Shown in pieces: positions 52,241 through 56,542 of a stretch of DNA of 56,542 bases. Made by a program: the position numbers and the translations under genes. The notes beneath the pieces are model-generated. The model searched no databases and was not told where the DNA came from. It saw only the letters and a program-made list of their open reading frames with translations. The stretch's first letter is position 1. Each line of letters starts with the position of its first letter. This DNA is from Octopus bimaculoides (Eukaryota), in contig NC_068992.1 in assembly GCF_001194135.2 (NCBI RefSeq), forward strand, positions 20,834,332-20,890,873, read 5' to 3'.

Positions 52241-53770
52241 GTTTTTATAAGTCGGTATGAAGAGTGAAGGTAACTTTACCCTTCTGTTTTTAAGATATAC
52301 ATACGCATACATAATAGATAGAGACACATACGTATACATACAGACACACACATTAGATATAGACATACGCAGCAGCCACTTACACACATTTTCCAGGAAT
52401 GCGAACATAACGAATTCATGCCCATACGCACCGGACGCGCATACGCATATGCACATAGCACATACAAACGCACACTTATACAGGCACATGCACACCCGTA
52501 CACAGTAGATATACTCCCGCACTTACCAGATACCCACAGTCACACATCAGGTGCACACACCCGTTAATACACCAACGAATTGATCTCGCCGATACGCTCA
52601 TACACACACGTGCGAGGAGCACATATATACATACATGTACCAGATACACGCATTAGCATACCAGGCTAAGCGTACACGCATGTACCAACATCCTGTCCTA
52701 TCGAGTGAACCACAAAATTCAGATAGGGAATTGGTACCACCTGCAAATTGATAACACCATGTGATCTTTTTGATCAATATTGGCCCAACTGCCAGAAGCC
52801 AACTAAGATCTGCCTCGTTCGGTTTGTACGAGCCTGAGAAGTTTGGTTTGTTTGAAAACGAGTACTGGAATATTTGCAATTTACTATTTTGGTAGATATC
52901 CGAATAGATACATAAATATACAAATTGAAACATATCTTAGAGTAATTGTATGTACATATCTGTATATATCTATCGATTTTGTTTTTCCTGCTTACAAAAT
53001 CTATATATTTGATATTAAGGTCTTTGAATTGCAAAACATGTTGATGAATATAATGTCATGTAGTAAATCCGCAAACGGATTAGATTGTTTATTTTTTAAA
53101 TCATTGATTGTACAGTTTTTAGCAATTTCCAGATCTAATGTTTGCACGAATATTTGCCAATGTGTGGCAGAAAAGAGATCGAAGTATTTAACAAGGCGGA
53201 AAACTAAGTTTAATTTTTCTACTTCCATATGTATGAATTCGTGTTTTGCATATTGTAATTTCCTTCAAACGCAATGTTTTTCTCCTTCTACTCAATATAC
53301 ATATAAATATATTTTTACTATAACAATTCATGCTCAAACCATACAATTTGCTTAGCTTTACTTCCAAATGTTTTTCTATTAGGTGTTTATGCCCCAAGAA
53401 TATGTTTTCCTTCTGTTCTTTTCGAACATATCGTTTATATATATANNNNNNNNNNNNNNNNNNNNNNNNNNNNNNNNNNNNNNNNNNNNNNNNNNNNNNN
53501 NNNNNNNNNNNNNNNNNNNNNNNNNNNNNNNNNNNNNNNNNNNNNNNNNNNNNNNNNNNNAAAGTGTGTAGAGCAAATGAAGCGTAATACATCTCGATTT
53601 ATAATATGTGTCAGGTAATTTCAAAAATAAGATGCTTTTAACATTTCTCTAGCGGAAAATTTCATGGAGAATAGGTGTGTCTTTAACAGAAATTGTACTA
53701 CAGTTTTATAGGATCTATGGTTATATCAGATGGGTTTGTTTTTAAAATATTACTATTCTGAAATGGATAT

Positions 53771-53834
<64 letters not shown>

Positions 53835-53937
53835 TAGTGATAAGGAGGAGGAGAAGGAAAAAGAGGAAGGGAAGGAAGAAAATGATGATAGTGATGATGA
53901 TAGTAATGATGATGATGATGATAATCATCATCATCAA

Positions 53938-53983
<46 letters not shown>

Positions 53984-54000
53984 GTCGTCGTCGTCGTCGC
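53771..54000. repeat. Compound trinucleotide array (AAT)n-(GAG/AAG)-(GAT)n-(CAT)n-(CGT)n
   Basis: Seen directly. Confidence 0.95.
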
Positions 54001-54759
54001 TTCTTTCATTCCACCTTTTATTAGCATCTGAGGTGAAAAGGAAGGGTAATAACAAGGATAGTTTGCAACTTGAGTGTGGGCTTACTTTAAAAGATGAAGG
54101 AAAGGAAGAAAAATATAGGATCTGACTAGAAAATGGTACATATTATCCAACATATGAAAACATTTGGGTGATACAGTGCTCCTCGTACGGGCCAGCCTTT
54201 AAGCAGAGCCAAACAAGATATCCCACAGATCCAATAACACGTTGAGGACGAAGAACAATAGCTCTTGCCCAACTTTTGCTCCCCCTCCCAATCTACAGGT
54301 AGGAGTTTGGAGTATTTCCATCACCCTAACATTCTAAGAATTTATGTCACAGACGCCCACATCGCTTTACCGTGTTGGATGACAATCAGTGTCTTCTTAG
54401 TTAAACAAAAGATGACCTCATTTCTTGGCTTCGCTCTGGTTATCTTTTCAGCCAACAGAGACAGCCATGTCATTTACAATAGCATGCAGGACGCTATATT
54501 GTTCATACTGTGATAAACTCTATTTTTGTGCTTTGTATTATTTTGCTTGGCAAAAGACCATAAACTACCTTTTATTACTACACACATAGGATTAACATTT
54601 TTAATCAGCACCATTAATTCAATAATTCTCCGAGCCTCTACCTTTACATATTAAAAGTTCAGGATATTCTACTGCAAATCGAAAGTCATCACAAATGGTT
54701 AGTCCATGCAGAACCTATCCCAGTGCATATTTTTGCGGGTCTCATACAACGTACGCCTG

Positions 54760-55005
54760 AAAGTATGGATGACTTCAATGAAAGTCTTCCCGATTAAGCG
54801 TGAGTTCTCTAGCTACCTTGGCAGCATTGACTAAGAGACTGGTAATGCCCATCCATCGCGTTCTTTATCTTCTTCTCTGTGTACTACTCTCTATACGTCA
54901 TTCCACGACAATGTCTTCTACACATCCACCTTCTCGAACACATTCACAATAGACAACCTCCTTCTCCTCCACAAAGCTCAGAAGATGCCGCCCACCATCT
55001 ACCCA
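54760..55005 (-). mobile_element. Probable RTE-clade LINE 3' ORF-end relic
   Basis: Minus frame VEDIVVE*RIESSTQRRR*RTRWMGITSLLVNAAKVARELTLNREDF parallels the recalled RTE/BovB C-terminus LEK.L.LG.IEG.RRRGR.R.RW.D.IT...L.EL..DRE.WR. Confidence 0.5.
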
Positions 55006-55944
55006 CTGCAACATATATGAAATACAAAAATGAAATCTTGCGAATTTTTGGCGAGAAAGCAAGTGAATACTTCTTTGTCAACTCAAACTTGTATTTCTGA
55101 GTCATATATGCTACGATACGAGAGTGAAAGCCAGTGTACTTTAGAGCGGAAGGCCCGCTTTTTTCAATGATTTTCATTTTTAAACAGCAAGCTTCTATCT
55201 CGCTCAGGTTGGTGTTTTACACATAGCATGATGTATTGGACAAGACTCCGACCAACTATAAATTTTAGTTCATATGAACGACCCTACTCTTCTTTTAACT
55301 CATCTATGGGAGATAACTGCTCTCACAAACTTTTTGCGACGCAGTGTGTAGCTGCATCTTTTCTTAGATTTGCATCATGGGAAGAATTTCCTCGAAATCT
55401 ACGCAGTTTATAACAGTCAATTTGTTTCGTATCGTTGTTCTTAGTATTATATTACCATGTAAAATAATATCTGCAGCACTTATGTGTGTGTGTGTCTGTG
55501 TGTGTGTGTGTCTGTGTGTGCGTGTGTGTATGTGTGTGTGTGTATACGACTCATCTGTATATATGTGAGATACAATGTCTGTTCGTCCGATTATTTTGCC
55601 ATGATTTTTTTTTGTATAATTCTATATTTTACTCATTTGCGTATTAGTGTTACGCCTACTATCGCAATAATCTCTACTTCTTGCGTCTTCTTTGGCCACC
55701 TTGCAACGCTTACTATAATTGTAAATGGCTATTTACAGATAACATATAAACAGATAAAAATGTCTAAAGCCAAATATTTCTTCCAACCCAGGTAATGAAG
55801 TGGACATTCAAACAATCTAAAAGTTTTATGTTAGCAACAGACCAACAACAGATATTATTTCATAAGGTAATACGATTAAATTACTATATTCTTATATCTT
55901 CTGCATATATGTTTGTTCGATTTATCAATCAATTGCTCAATATT

Positions 55945-55982
55945 ACTACTGCTGCTGCTACTACTACTACTACTACTACTAC

Positions 55983-56053
<71 letters not shown>
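55945..56053. repeat. Compound (GCT)(ACT)n(AAT)n microsatellite
   Basis: Seen directly. Confidence 0.95.
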
Positions 56054-56474
56054 TGGACTATAGCATATATACTGCTCAATATCACAGGTTTGCTTGTCAG
56101 TTGGTTGACCATAATCCATTGAGCATGTAACTTATTGGCTGACCATATGTGCATTTCTGATTGACAGCAGAAGTAGTGGAGGAAGATCATAGCCAGGTGT
56201 TGAGAGGAAATATTTGGGGTTTGAATAATTTACCACTGGAAACAACCCTTATTCAAGGAACTTTTTCACGGGATGAGCTATTCCACCTCAACAAAATCTT
56301 AACTGGGCCACACCTGCAAGGTGAGAGACTATTTATTTTGATATGAGATTACAATGTCATTCATGTATGGTTGTGATGTATGTGCCTGGCGTACACTTAT
56401 GAGATGGGTAGTCCATGCCGGGTATATTGACCTGCGTATATTTGTACCCCAGTGTCACTTTGAAAGCATGCATT

Positions 56475-56542
<68 letters not shown>

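Larger units (their letters stand above)
9182..53560. other. Eleven assembly gaps (N runs)
   Basis: 9182-9654, 11147-11505, 13030-13055, 15204-15487, 18624-19248, 21873-22023, 22524-22533, 29363-29736, 42298-42671, 48435-48654, 53446-53560. Most are flanked by (TA)n or (CA)n. Confidence 0.98.

Noticed and set aside
54150-54300. Possible L1/Tx1 C-terminal remnant (RLARTRSTVSPKC) on minus
   Set aside because: Only a few residues resemble the motif; the Cys/His knuckle is not recoverable.

Overview
AT-rich eukaryotic genomic DNA, saturated with microsatellites and containing 11 N-gaps, nearly all next to dinucleotide repeats. The SINE families suggest an octopod cephalopod (Octopus-like); this is an inference from recalled repeat sequences, not a database search. 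I find no complete or recognisable host protein-coding gene, no rRNA, tRNA or CRISPR locus, and nothing prokaryotic. Almost all listed ORFs are translations of microsatellites or gaps. The explainable content is mobile DNA: about 20 SINE copies or fragments from several tRNA-derived families, plus decayed coding relics of a Penelope-like element (GIY-YIG C-terminus), a HERO-type and an R4/Dong-type RLE non-LTR element, an RTE 3' end, a Chapaev-3-type transposase and two DD37D (maT) mariners. The most notable structure is at 7849-8339. A tRNA-headed short element carries a Penelope-type minimal hammerhead ribozyme motif in its tail and sits as a head-to-head inverted dimer. The dimer is bounded by a 20/22-nt direct repeat that looks like a single target-site duplication. 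Other degenerate minimal-hammerhead motifs occur elsewhere in the window. Short candidate exons on both strands are reported at low confidence only. Element boundaries are approximate (about +/-10-20 nt) unless a motif is quoted.
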